Notes: generated from the letters alone by a model not told the origin. A stretch of DNA of 25,026 nt from an uncultured virus (IMG/VR IMGVR_UViG_3300030419_006277) (IMGVR_UViG_3300030419_006277:62001-87026), one strand, 5' to 3'; positions 8,732-17,625 are shown, numbered from the stretch's first letter. Made by a program: numbers and translations.

Positions 8732-9649
8732 TTACTTTAATCCGCCTACGAGTGCACCGCTTTCATCACGGTCGCCCAATGATTTATCAGCTGGTGGGAG
8801 AGTGCAGTTAGCTATATCAACACCAGGCTTAAGAGCGTGGTAGCCAATTTCTTTTTCGCACTGCTTGAAATAACCACTGGCATAGACCTGGGGTGGGCAA
8901 CTCTCCCAGACATCCTCGAAATGCTCGATGTCTTCTTCTTTCTTAGGCCAGAAGTTGAGAATTGTTTTCTCAGTTGGCTCGTCCCAAGATTCAGGGAAAG
9001 CAATTGGTGATTTTTTATTTTCTCCATGCATCATGGATCCAAAAGTTGGAGTCCAAATGGTAGAGGCACACATTTTTTCACCAAAACCTTGAGCAGATTT
9101 TGATCCAGTCGCTTTTGCGTATACACCTTCTAATTGTTCGATGAAGGTTGAATACTTCATACAGAATTGTTTAGCTGCTCCCCCATGAATAGCTAGTACT
9201 AATGGCTTGCTATGGGTAGGGATTCCTTTTGCATCCACTAGGTAGAAGAGAATTAAACGTCTTCTTCTATATGGGACAGGTTCGTTAGGGTGTTGTTGTT
9301 CCCATTGTTCATAGAGATGATTGACTTCTCCATAGATGCCTTCGATAGCTCCTTTTTCTTTGGAGTTTTCTATGAAGCTGATGTCATCTTTGAATGCTCC
9401 ACGAAGAATAATCATGCGAGGAGTTGTTAAGAAGAGACCATCTTCTTTATCTCCTGTGTTGAACATGTGAGTTTTTAACTCAGCATCAGGAAAGTCTTCA
9501 GCTTTTCCATGCCAGCCGCAGCGAGCTAGATCAGCTTGTTTAATGAAAATACCTGGGGTACTTTTGTCATTAATGATGAGGGCCTTAGCCATCTCCCGCA
9601 TTTGGCGCGGGTACTTTTCGGTGTCTTTGAATCGGTCGAGTACAGACAT
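8732..9649 (-). CDS. DUF5895-like protein (possible ssDNA-binding or annealing protein)
   Basis: GIFI...GW, GLFLTTPRMIILRG and FYLVD..GIPTHSKPLVL resemble the cyanobacterial DUF5895 family as recalled; lies next to SSB. Confidence 0.5.
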   Translation of the reverse strand: MSVLDRFKDTEKYPRQMREMAKALIINDKSTPGIFIKQADLARCGWHGKAEDFPDAELKTHMFNTGDKEDGLFLTTPRMIILRGAFKDDISFIENSKEKGAIEGIYGEVNHLYEQWEQQHPNEPVPYRRRRLILFYLVDAKGIPTHSKPLVLAIHGGAAKQFCMKYSTFIEQLEGVYAKATGSKSAQGFGEKMCASTIWTPTFGSMMHGENKKSPIAFPESWDEPTEKTILNFWPKKEEDIEHFEDVWESCPPQVYASGYFKQCEKEIGYHALKPGVDIANCTLPPADKSLGDRDESGALVGGLK

Positions 9650-9715
9650 TTCAGTTAGTTCAGTTGATTTTGAAAGTTTATAGAGTATGTCAGAAGATCT
9701 GACTTAATTAGGCTA

Positions 9716-10423
9716 TCAAAAAGGAATCCCATCGTCGACCTGCTTTTTGACAGCAGGAGGATTGGGTTTACTTATAGCTTGTTGATGTGGAGATTCGTAG
9801 ACTTCTGGCTCAGTCTTTTTTTCTTCTGGTTTATTCTTTCCGAAGAAGGAATACTGAGAAGACTTAACTCTTATTTTGTAACGAGAGTTAGTGGTCCCAT
9901 CCTTTCCTTGCCAGGTTTCGTAACGAAGTGCTCCACCCATTGCAAAGGAACGACCTACAAAAAGCCACTTTCTCATTCTTTGAGCATCTTCACCCCAGCT
10001 TTCAATTCGAAATCCAAGGCTGTCATCTTTAGTAAAGCCTATGGCTCGTTGCGCTGGAGCCTTACACATAATCCCAAAGTTGAAAACATCTTCGTTTCTT
10101 TGTTCTCCAATAAAACCAACTCCTCCTGCTAGAGATATGTGATTGAGGTTGGTGTTATCAGGAACAACTTGGATTGGCTGAGTAGGGACTACATACATTT
10201 TGTAGTCTTTTCCTGGATAAAGTCTTCCAACCACTAAGACTGAGCGATTAGTTTCAATAGATCCTGGGGCACAGCTATCTCCAGCTGGATAACTGGGTAT
10301 TATGTAGAGAGGTGCTTCTACAGGTTTTCTTCCTGAACCTGGAACCATGAGTTGCATGGAACGGAAGCCAGAGTCAGTAGTGTGATCTCCTATGTACTTA
10401 CCGACGATGGTGATGGTGTTCAT
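9716..10423 (-). CDS. ssb: Single-stranded DNA-binding protein with two OB folds
   Basis: Two SSB-like starts (MNTITIVG and NHISLAG), FRIESWGEDA...G.LRYETW..KDG and an acidic DDGIPF tail. Confidence 0.85.
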   Translation of the reverse strand: MNTITIVGKYIGDHTTDSGFRSMQLMVPGSGRKPVEAPLYIIPSYPAGDSCAPGSIETNRSVLVVGRLYPGKDYKMYVVPTQPIQVVPDNTNLNHISLAGGVGFIGEQRNEDVFNFGIMCKAPAQRAIGFTKDDSLGFRIESWGEDAQRMRKWLFVGRSFAMGGALRYETWQGKDGTTNSRYKIRVKSSQYSFFGKNKPEEKKTEPEVYESPHQQAISKPNPPAVKKQVDDGIPF

Positions 10424-10590
10424 GGTGTGTCTTTGAGATTGGTTTCTAGACGCTTTTGCATAATTGAAAGGATAGCCTCTAAATTTTGCGTTGCGTGGTT
10501 TCTTAAGTCAATGAAGCCTTGTTGTAATTCTTGGAGTTCTTCATTGGACATTTCATGGAGTCCGGGATCTTTTCTTGTTTTAGATGCCAT
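10420..10590 (-). CDS. Small coiled-coil hypothetical protein (56 aa, not in ORF track)
   Basis: MASKTRKDPGLHEMSNEELQELQQGFIDLRNHATQNLEAILSIMQKRLETNLKDTP; ATGA overlap with ssb. Confidence 0.7.
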   Translation of the reverse strand: MASKTRKDPGLHEMSNEELQELQQGFIDLRNHATQNLEAILSIMQKRLETNLKDTP

Positions 10591-10661
10591 GTTATAAGCT
10601 ACGGCAGGAAGACTGTACTTGGACCATTTAAAATAAACAAGAGAAAAAACTATTAAGAGTT

Positions 10662-10871
10662 ATGGCGTCTAATGAGTCTAAAAGTAAAAGTTTCTTATCA
10701 AATTATGTTAAGTCTAAGAAAGATAATGATTCTTCTAGTCGCTCTGTAAGTTCCGACGAATTAAATACGTTTGGTATTAATCCATTGAGAGAAAGTGAGA
10801 CCAATAAGAAGATTAGACAGATGTTAGATGAAGCCACAAATGCACAGACTCAAGTTCAGCTGGAAGGGTAG
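10662..10871 (+). CDS. Hypothetical Ser-rich protein
   Basis: 69-aa ORF coupled to the 910-aa gene; contains SFLSNY. Confidence 0.7.
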   Translation: MASNESKSKSFLSNYVKSKKDNDSSSRSVSSDELNTFGINPLRESETNKKIRQMLDEATNAQTQVQLEG

Positions 10872-10873
10872 TA

Positions 10874-13606
10874 ATGGTTTTAACTTTACCTGATGCTCGA
10901 AAAGAAGGTGAAAGCGAAGAGGATTTTGCTACACGTTTACAGGAATTTGATCCTGCAGAGAAATTTTTAAATGAGTATACGCAACAGTCTACTGATCCTA
11001 GAGAGACAGATTTTAGTGTAGATGCTTATGCAGGGGATACGGGAAGAGGAGGATTTTTTAGTCCCGATGGTCAAGGGAGACCTAGTGATTCACAATCCGT
11101 ACATTGGACGAATCAAGGTTGGACTGAATCTGATCAAGTTGCTGCAGAGTATGGCGGAGCAAAAGGTAAATTAAAAAGAGAAGTTGAAGCTTTTGGAAAA
11201 CAGTTTCCTATTCGAACTACGGATACTCCTGTTGACCGTCCTCAAGGGAGAGGTATGGGAGATAGATGGGAAGGACCTCTAAGTAGTGGTTGGAGACCTA
11301 GAACAGTTGAAGTTGGGAGAATTGCTTCTCGAGATGGACGTAACATTCTTGCTAGAGATCGTCCGGCTGTTAGGCCAACTGGTCAGAGTGATGTTGGTTC
11401 TTCAAGGGAGGACTTTACCCCAAGGGGCAGGAGTTTTATAGGTGGTTATTCACGTGGACAACGTACTGGATCTGGCGCTGCATCAGCGGCTTCTCCTTTT
11501 GCGAGTTCTGGTAGTGCGAATCCGAATACAGTTTCAGTTTTTCTGCAAAAACAGTTAACTAATTTACAAGGGTCTCCTAGCGATGCTGGTCAACGGAATC
11601 CCAATTGGTGGGGCCAGGGAAGAAGCCCTGGTGAAAATACTAGACCTTGGGGCAATGTTAGACAGTCTTTTGGTATTAATGTAGACGAAAGTACTTTACT
11701 TGGAGAGGACTATAGAAAGCAGCAGGTCTCTGATACTCAGTTTGCCAAAGGAAAGACTCCAAGTGGGCCACTTAAAGGATATAGAGCAACTCCTGGGTTT
11801 GGAACAGTTAAGACAGCCGCTGCGAATGTGAAGGATGTTCTTACAGGTAATCGGACAGTTGCAGATGTTTATAAAAATCCAAAAACTCTTGAGCAAGTCA
11901 ATCCAGGTGGGTTTCAGAGTGGTCCAACACCAGCTGTTCGACAGTTTGTCGAAAGGGGGGCTGCTTTTGTACCCAAACTTAATGCTTATGCAAATACAGC
12001 GGCTTTGTTGTATAAAGGTATGGATTCTGTAACTAGAGCTAGGACTGGTCAGTCATTAGCTGAAAGAATTTCAAATCCTGTTGCAACTCTTGAACGGAAT
12101 GCGGAGCAGTTTAAACAACAGGCAGATGTAAATAGAGCTAAAAGAGATGAACTGGTTGGAGGAGTAAGAGATTGGTTTGTAGATAAGATGGGTAATGTTA
12201 AAAAAGACGTACAGACTAGGAACTTAAGGCAAGCTGGTCTTGGTACTGATATACAAGGGAATATTGTTACTGAGAGCCAAAGAACAAAGGCAGCTGATGA
12301 GTTTATAGCTGGTATAGAGAATTGGGAACCTTTAACAGATCAAAGGACTTTTGAGAAGATCCCTGAAGTTCGCGGGGGGATAGTTGACGGTCAGCGGGAT
12401 GAAGATTATCTAGTCGCTCCTGAAGCGGTAACTGAAACTACTACTCCAGCAGGTAGTGCATTTAATAAGGAGAATCTCCCCGGCTGGTTCCAACATTCGT
12501 ATACAGATGATGATGGAACTTTCATGGGATACAACTATTCAGGTGGATTTGGAGCATTAACACCAGGTCCTGGTAGTGGTGAGGATGGGACCCCCGAATC
12601 TGGATATGGTACTCCTGGTTATAACTGGGATACTAAAAGTGGTGGTACTTCTTGGACATTTACTGATTATGATACGTACTCATCTGCAAATAAATCTCCT
12701 GTAGTATCTGACGTTGGAACGGTTAATGAGCTTGGTGAAGTAGTACCAAATCTAGGTGTTAAGGATGGGGATGACGTTTCTTTCATAGGTATGTTTGGTC
12801 TACAGGAAAAGGAGCAAGAAGGTCCACATAAATTTAGAACAAATCAAGGGACAAAAGATGCTCAGATGATTCAAATGGGATATGGTTCGGAGACTCCAGA
12901 ACAGTTTAAACAACGAACCGGTCATAGTATTTATGAGTATTTAAATTTACCTACAGAGAGTCAGTATGAATCTCAAGGAGATCAATCTTCTACTGTCTCA
13001 GGTCAAGAAATAGCACAGGTTGCATCTGCTGATGACTTATCTGGTGTATTAGGTGCAACTAATCAACCTGCAACTGTTGATTTAAATAAGTCAACTGAGC
13101 TTCCTCCACCTCCGACGCCAGATGACTTTTTAGAGGAATATATACCTCCTTCTCAACCTTATGATCAACAAGAACCAGTTGGTGATTATATAAAGAATGA
13201 AGAGACTGGGGAGGTTACACAGCTTTATGATGCACCTACTCCAGAAACTTTACCTTCAGATGTTGTAGATTTTTCATATAATCCAGATCGGTTAAGTCAA
13301 GTAGAACAGCAAGAAACGGCATTTAAGCTCGGGACTGCTGCTCCTAGTGGTCCAAGTAGTGATCCTGCTGTTATTGCATCTGATAGAGCTGTAAGTGCTG
13401 CTTATGCTGCTTGGAAGGCTGCTTCTAATGCACAACAGAATTATTTAGGAGGACGTACTGCTGGTACTGAAGAAGAGTATAACCAATACATGAAACTTGC
13501 CGCTGCTGAGTCCGCAGCTTCTAAGAGATTGGATGCTGCTTATAATCAACAAGCTAGAGCAATGGCTGCTTATACAGCTAGAAATACAGCGTATGCCAGT
13601 ACTTAA
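10874..13606 (+). CDS. Large low-complexity protein, possibly virion-internal or ejected
   Basis: 910-aa uninterrupted ORF rich in G/S/T/Q/P with an Ala-rich helical C-terminus and no Cys; no catalytic motif seen. The function is inferred. Confidence 0.7.
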   Translation: MVLTLPDARKEGESEEDFATRLQEFDPAEKFLNEYTQQSTDPRETDFSVDAYAGDTGRGGFFSPDGQGRPSDSQSVHWTNQGWTESDQVAAEYGGAKGKLKREVEAFGKQFPIRTTDTPVDRPQGRGMGDRWEGPLSSGWRPRTVEVGRIASRDGRNILARDRPAVRPTGQSDVGSSREDFTPRGRSFIGGYSRGQRTGSGAASAASPFASSGSANPNTVSVFLQKQLTNLQGSPSDAGQRNPNWWGQGRSPGENTRPWGNVRQSFGINVDESTLLGEDYRKQQVSDTQFAKGKTPSGPLKGYRATPGFGTVKTAAANVKDVLTGNRTVADVYKNPKTLEQVNPGGFQSGPTPAVRQFVERGAAFVPKLNAYANTAALLYKGMDSVTRARTGQSLAERISNPVATLERNAEQFKQQADVNRAKRDELVGGVRDWFVDKMGNVKKDVQTRNLRQAGLGTDIQGNIVTESQRTKAADEFIAGIENWEPLTDQRTFEKIPEVRGGIVDGQRDEDYLVAPEAVTETTTPAGSAFNKENLPGWFQHSYTDDDGTFMGYNYSGGFGALTPGPGSGEDGTPESGYGTPGYNWDTKSGGTSWTFTDYDTYSSANKSPVVSDVGTVNELGEVVPNLGVKDGDDVSFIGMFGLQEKEQEGPHKFRTNQGTKDAQMIQMGYGSETPEQFKQRTGHSIYEYLNLPTESQYESQGDQSSTVSGQEIAQVASADDLSGVLGATNQPATVDLNKSTELPPPPTPDDFLEEYIPPSQPYDQQEPVGDYIKNEETGEVTQLYDAPTPETLPSDVVDFSYNPDRLSQVEQQETAFKLGTAAPSGPSSDPAVIASDRAVSAAYAAWKAASNAQQNYLGGRTAGTEEEYNQYMKLAAAESAASKRLDAAYNQQARAMAAYTARNTAYAST

Positions 13607-13923
13607 ATTCTAGGGATTCGATTTAACATTGGTGCCAAATCATTTTCTACGATTGTTTTAGTTTTTTCTGCAATATCGTCCAGAATATTTACATCAATAT
13701 CCATAAATGGAGGAATAATTCCTAAGATTCTTAACAGTCCGTCGACGAATAAAGCGAGGCACATAAATCCAAGAATAACGCTAATAATAGTTGCTTTAAA
13801 ATTATGTTCCGCCATTGATGCTTTATCAATTGCTTTTGCTTCTTCTACTGCAGCAGCAATCATTGCATCAACTTCTTTCTTTGTATAAAAGTCTCCTAAA
13901 AATGGGATGTCATGTTTGTCCAT
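13603..13923 (-). CDS. Conserved cyanophage/Prochlorococcus membrane protein
   Basis: EVDAMIAAAVEEA...HN..ATIISVILGF..LALFVDGLLRILGIIPPFM is a recalled family; hydrophobic segment present. Confidence 0.8.
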   Translation of the reverse strand: MDKHDIPFLGDFYTKKEVDAMIAAAVEEAKAIDKASMAEHNFKATIISVILGFMCLALFVDGLLRILGIIPPFMDIDVNILDDIAEKTKTIVENDLAPMLNRIPRI

Positions 13924-13983
13924 AAAATTTTTGAGAGCTTTTACTCAGTGACTTTTTTACACCTTTTAGGTTAAAGTGTTGAA

Positions 13984-14136
13984 ATGAAAACATTAGATCC
14001 AATCGAAACTTACTTCGAGTGCATTTCTCATTGCTATTTAGATGATGAGGAAGAGGCATGCCTTACTGTCTGCGTTGAAACTCTAAAAGACGCTCCCTCT
14101 CCAACAGGAACAGCCCTTCTCGAAGCTGATGATTAG
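13984..14136 (+). CDS. Small 4-Cys protein, picocyanobacterial-type (50 aa, not in ORF track)
   Basis: MKTLDPIETYFECISHCYLDDEEEACLTVCVETLKDAPSPTGTALLEADD with a CxxxC...CxxxC arrangement. Confidence 0.75.
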   Translation: MKTLDPIETYFECISHCYLDDEEEACLTVCVETLKDAPSPTGTALLEADD

Positions 14137-14260
14137 ATTCAGATAGTTCTCTATAACCTGTGCCGACATAAATTTGTCCGGCGACCACTGAAAGTGCCAT
14201 AATTGACCAGAAGACATAGTACCAACTGGCTTTAACTTGGTGCTGTTTCTTTTTTTTCAT
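14063..14260 (-). CDS. Small membrane protein
   Basis: Basic N-terminus then WYYVFWSIMALSVVAGQIYVGTGY hydrophobic helix; 1-nt overlap with the polA stop. Confidence 0.75.
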   Translation of the reverse strand: MKKKKQHQVKASWYYVFWSIMALSVVAGQIYVGTGYRELSESNHQLREGLFLLERERLLEFQRRQ

Positions 14261-16089
14261 TAGTGAGTCTCCATCCAGTTCTTTCCTTCTTTAGCTTCTC
14301 CGGTTAAGGGACACTTTAAGTTGTAAAATTCACCGGCTTTTCGAAATGAATCGATAGCTAAACTTTTGTAAAGATCTTCAAATTGAGGTTTTACAAGAGC
14401 TTGAATTTCATCATGAATGTGTGCTACGAAGGCAAAGTGACAAGCCCATCTTAGCCCATTCTCGTACAAATCCTTGTATAGGATGCATGTAGCTTTCTTA
14501 ACTGCAATAGCACCTGTTGATTGGAGAAGTTGATTTAATGCGGAGTGTCTAGAACGTATCTGTAGATGTCTACCATCGATACCCGTTAGATAGCCACGAC
14601 TTACTACTCGTTCATCAACTTTGTCTTTTAATTGTTTAATAGCAGGAAGATTTTTGTAAAAAGTATTAATAGTTTCGTAGCCTAATTCTTTTTGTTTATG
14701 TTCGTTTAGAGAGACGTCGAGGATAGAACCTAGTTTCTGGGCGCCCGCCCCATAAAGTACGGCATAGATCATAGTTTTTGCAAGCTCTCTCGTCTTTTTA
14801 TTTATCTTTCCTTGGCCATCAAATATTCCAAATAATTTTGCATTATGAGTATGAATATCAAAGTCATCAGTGCTAACTAATTTTGAATATTCTCCTCCAT
14901 CAAAGTAAGCTAATTGTGCACCTAGTGCCCGTAGTTCTAAACCACTGGCGTCAGCTCCTATTAATAGCCAACCATTATCTGCATAGAAAAGAGCGCGACA
15001 TTCAGCTCCATATTTATGACCAACTCTAGGAATTTGTGCCATATTTGGACCTCGATGTGAGCATCGTCCACTGACACAGGCATTGGTTATGACTGAACCG
15101 TGTATTCTTCCATCTTTATATTTTTGACTATGTTTTAACCAAGCTTCTTTTCCATCTACTATTTGACCTAATCTTTTATTAAGTAGTTGATATTCTTCTA
15201 AAAGAGCAGCCTCTGGATACTTTTTACCCAGGATTTTAAGGACGTCGTCATCGACCTTAACGTTCCCTTTTTCCGTCTTGGAGAATCTAATCTCAGGGTA
15301 ACGCTCCTGTAACCGACTGGCAGTTTGTTTACGCGAAGCGGGGTTAAACGTAGTGACTTTATCTTTAAGTGGTTTGCCAGTTTTGGCTGATATTCTTTTT
15401 TCCGTAATAGGCGGGAAGACTTTTTGGAGTTCGTCATCAATTTCTGTACGCCTCGTTTTAAGAGTGTTGACAAGTGCATAAGCTTCTTTTTCATTGAAAG
15501 GAAAACCGAAGCTTTCCTGTAGTGTCATGATAATCGCGAACTGGTGCTCTAGTTCATTGCAGCGTGGGTCTAGTTCTTGTGCTTGGAAGTACTTATAGAG
15601 TTCTAATGAAACTAGGGTGTCATTTTCACAGTATTTCTGCATCTCTTCTGACCATTCATCCCATTTACTCTCACCTTCTTCTGAGAGACTGGTCTTATTT
15701 ACATTTAAACGGTCTCCCCAAGCTCCTAATGAGTGTCGACCTTTATATTTTGGGTTGATGTGAGAGAATTTTTGTTCATCGACTGGTTCTAACTCTGGCC
15801 ATAACACCCGGCTAAGAATGAGTGTGTCATAGAGTATGCACTTTTTTTTCTTTCTAAAATCTGGATAGACTTTTCTTATTGCGCGAAAGTCGAAGTTGAT
15901 AATATTGTGGCCGATGATTAGATCTGCTTTGCTTAGGACGTAGAGTCCATTACAGATGGGTTCATACCCTTCTTTGTCTGCACAACTGATAGTCTCCCCC
16001 GTATCAACATCACGTAGGACAAGGCAGTGGACTTTATCTAATTCATGGACTAGACCATTGGTCTCACAGTCCAGCACGTAGCGGAGCAT
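14260..16089 (-). CDS. polA: DNA polymerase family A, T7 gp5-like (3'-5' exonuclease plus polymerase)
   Basis: ExoI DCETNGL, ExoII GHNIINFD, ExoIII YCEND; motif A DASGLELR, motif B RELAKTMIYAVLYG and motif C HIHDE. Confidence 0.95.
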   Translation of the reverse strand: MLRYVLDCETNGLVHELDKVHCLVLRDVDTGETISCADKEGYEPICNGLYVLSKADLIIGHNIINFDFRAIRKVYPDFRKKKKCILYDTLILSRVLWPELEPVDEQKFSHINPKYKGRHSLGAWGDRLNVNKTSLSEEGESKWDEWSEEMQKYCENDTLVSLELYKYFQAQELDPRCNELEHQFAIIMTLQESFGFPFNEKEAYALVNTLKTRRTEIDDELQKVFPPITEKRISAKTGKPLKDKVTTFNPASRKQTASRLQERYPEIRFSKTEKGNVKVDDDVLKILGKKYPEAALLEEYQLLNKRLGQIVDGKEAWLKHSQKYKDGRIHGSVITNACVSGRCSHRGPNMAQIPRVGHKYGAECRALFYADNGWLLIGADASGLELRALGAQLAYFDGGEYSKLVSTDDFDIHTHNAKLFGIFDGQGKINKKTRELAKTMIYAVLYGAGAQKLGSILDVSLNEHKQKELGYETINTFYKNLPAIKQLKDKVDERVVSRGYLTGIDGRHLQIRSRHSALNQLLQSTGAIAVKKATCILYKDLYENGLRWACHFAFVAHIHDEIQALVKPQFEDLYKSLAIDSFRKAGEFYNLKCPLTGEAKEGKNWMETH

Positions 16090-16092
16090 TTA

Positions 16093-16326
16093 TTACCACC
16101 GGTTTTTATAAAGCTTTGCGATGTTCACTATATCAAGATCTTCGACTAATTTCTTTTCTTTAAGACGGTCGTAAACGCTTTTTATTGAGGTTAAATCTGG
16201 AAGACACAGAGCTCGATTTAAATTGTGAGTATTTCCAACGTCTATTAACTCGACACCTGTTGGATTTCTTTTGAGGCAGAGGACTTTTGAATTATCAGGA
16301 GTACATAACGCATATCCGCTTTGCAT
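16093..16326 (-). CDS. Hypothetical protein
   Basis: 77-aa ORF with 3-nt spacing to both neighbours. Confidence 0.7.
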   Translation of the reverse strand: MQSGYALCTPDNSKVLCLKRNPTGVELIDVGNTHNLNRALCLPDLTSIKSVYDRLKEKKLVEDLDIVNIAKLYKNRW

Positions 16327-16329
16327 GAC

Positions 16330-16614
16330 TCAATCCTCTATTGCTTTCTTATCGGGGATAGCTCTCATTAGAAAAATATCTAATGCGATGTGTACAAGAA
16401 GAGGAACCATTTTGAATGCTGGCTCAGGTAGTCCTCCAAAGAGAGCGTTTAATTTATCGCTAAGATCAGTTCGATGGAGTTCTTCGAACTCAACAGATAA
16501 CATATTCGCTACATTTAGGAAGAAGTCCGTTGGCTCCTCATCAGGGCTTTTAAGTTGATCAACTATTTCCCATAGTTGTGGGTCTGATTGAATCAGCTTT
16601 AATAATTCTTCCAC
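16330..16614 (-). CDS. Hypothetical acidic helical protein
   Basis: 94-aa ORF with GTG start, first of the three genes leading into polA. Confidence 0.7.
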   Translation of the reverse strand: MEELLKLIQSDPQLWEIVDQLKSPDEEPTDFFLNVANMLSVEFEELHRTDLSDKLNALFGGLPEPAFKMVPLLVHIALDIFLMRAIPDKKAIED

Positions 16615-16621
16615 TATTTAA

Positions 16622-17221
16622 ATGACTTATCGAGTACGCCGCAAGTTTACAAGCTCTACATTTACTGTCGATGGTCAATTATGTAAAATTTTTATGGAAC
16701 CTTTCTCAAAATTTGGGGATGGTTACTACTTTTGGAATGTTGGTTTTGGTATTGGTAAGTCAAGTAGGCAATTAAATGATTGGTATTGGAAAAGAAAGAA
16801 TAAGAGAGCACGCTCTATTCGTAATCAGATGGTAGGGCGTTCTGGTTTAAAAGCTATACGTAGAGGATTTCAGGAAGTTTTACGGATGAGGTGGTTAATT
16901 GAGCCAGGAGACGCGATTATTTTGGATTGCACATCAGGAGATCCCGATAGACAATTCCACGCTTGGAGCCGCTGGCATCGGTATCATCCAGAGTGGGTTA
17001 TTGATTTCGAAAAGAAAGAGTTTTATTGGTATAGACCTCCTTATTTTGATGATCCAATAAGAAAGGAATTTAATATCACACCTTTGGTACCTGAAGACCC
17101 CTTAGAGAATACTGCGAAGGAAAAGTACTTTGATTGTTTCAGAGTGACCCCAAAGCTTGAGACAACAGAGCTCTCTATGGAGCAGATTGCTAGTCTATTG
17201 TCTCCTGTTTTGGTGAATTGA
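16622..17221 (+). CDS. Hypothetical protein
   Basis: 199-aa Trp/Arg-rich ORF, divergent from the polA unit with only 7 nt between the starts. Confidence 0.75.
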   Translation: MTYRVRRKFTSSTFTVDGQLCKIFMEPFSKFGDGYYFWNVGFGIGKSSRQLNDWYWKRKNKRARSIRNQMVGRSGLKAIRRGFQEVLRMRWLIEPGDAIILDCTSGDPDRQFHAWSRWHRYHPEWVIDFEKKEFYWYRPPYFDDPIRKEFNITPLVPEDPLENTAKEKYFDCFRVTPKLETTELSMEQIASLLSPVLVN

Positions 17222-17425
17222 GTGCTTGATCCTTATCGTTCAATAGATTTATATCCTGGTAAATGCGGAGTTACTTCAATAATTCATGGGTACTTATTTA
17301 AATTTAAACCTTGGTATTACGATGGTAAGACTGTGTGGTGGGGGAAGGAATATGAGTTAAGAAGTGATGCCGAAGATGCTTCATTTAAGTTAAAAAATTC
17401 TATAGATACAGGGGTATTAGTATAA
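17222..17425 (+). CDS. Hypothetical protein
   Basis: 67-aa ORF whose GTG start abuts the upstream stop. Confidence 0.65.
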   Translation: MLDPYRSIDLYPGKCGVTSIIHGYLFKFKPWYYDGKTVWWGKEYELRSDAEDASFKLKNSIDTGVLV

Positions 17426-17457
17426 ATCCTGGGTCAAAGAAGAACAGTCGCAGGCCC

Positions 17458-17540
17458 CTGAGGGAGGGATAGTTTTTACTGTTTCCTATCCCTGGCGAAC
17501 GAGAGCCTTGCCGAGGGACAGCGGTGAGGCTACCCCTCAG
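17458..17540 (+). ncRNA. Putative structured RNA (three-way junction), family unknown
   Basis: P1 ctgaggg/ccctcag, P2 agggatag/ctatccct, P3 agccttgccg/cggtgaggct with G-U pairs only on the plus strand; a GC-rich island in AT-rich intergenic DNA. Confidence 0.55.
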
Positions 17541-17596
17541 ATTTTATTGTAATAGAACTTAATATTTTTTTAACAATTAATGTAACATGACAAACG

Positions 17597-17625
17597 GTAA
17601 CAACGACTACAAAATAGGTTATAAT
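17597..17625 (+). promoter_or_regulatory. NtcA box (GTA-N8-TAC) overlapping the -35 region of a TATAAT promoter
   Basis: GTA-acaacgac-TAC at 17597-17610 and TATAAT at 17620-17625. Confidence 0.65.

Noticed and set aside
6898..16558. ORFs 6898-7182, 7496-7711, 8812-9027, 9779-10132, 10352-10597, 11696-11896, 11835-12032, 15198-15494, 15564-15758 and 16271-16558
   Set aside because: They overlap better-supported genes, and most have the Ser/Phe/Leu-rich composition typical of shadow frames.
17440..17540. HDV-like or hammerhead ribozyme, purine riboswitch or Yfr2 assignment for the structured element
   Set aside because: GGCGAA after a hairpin resembles HDV J4/2, but no P1, P1.1 or L3 can be built. 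CTGAGGGA and CGAAC deviate from hammerhead CUGANGA and GAAA. The purine-riboswitch J2/3 is absent. Only one GGAAACA occurs, on the strand disfavoured by the G-U pairs.
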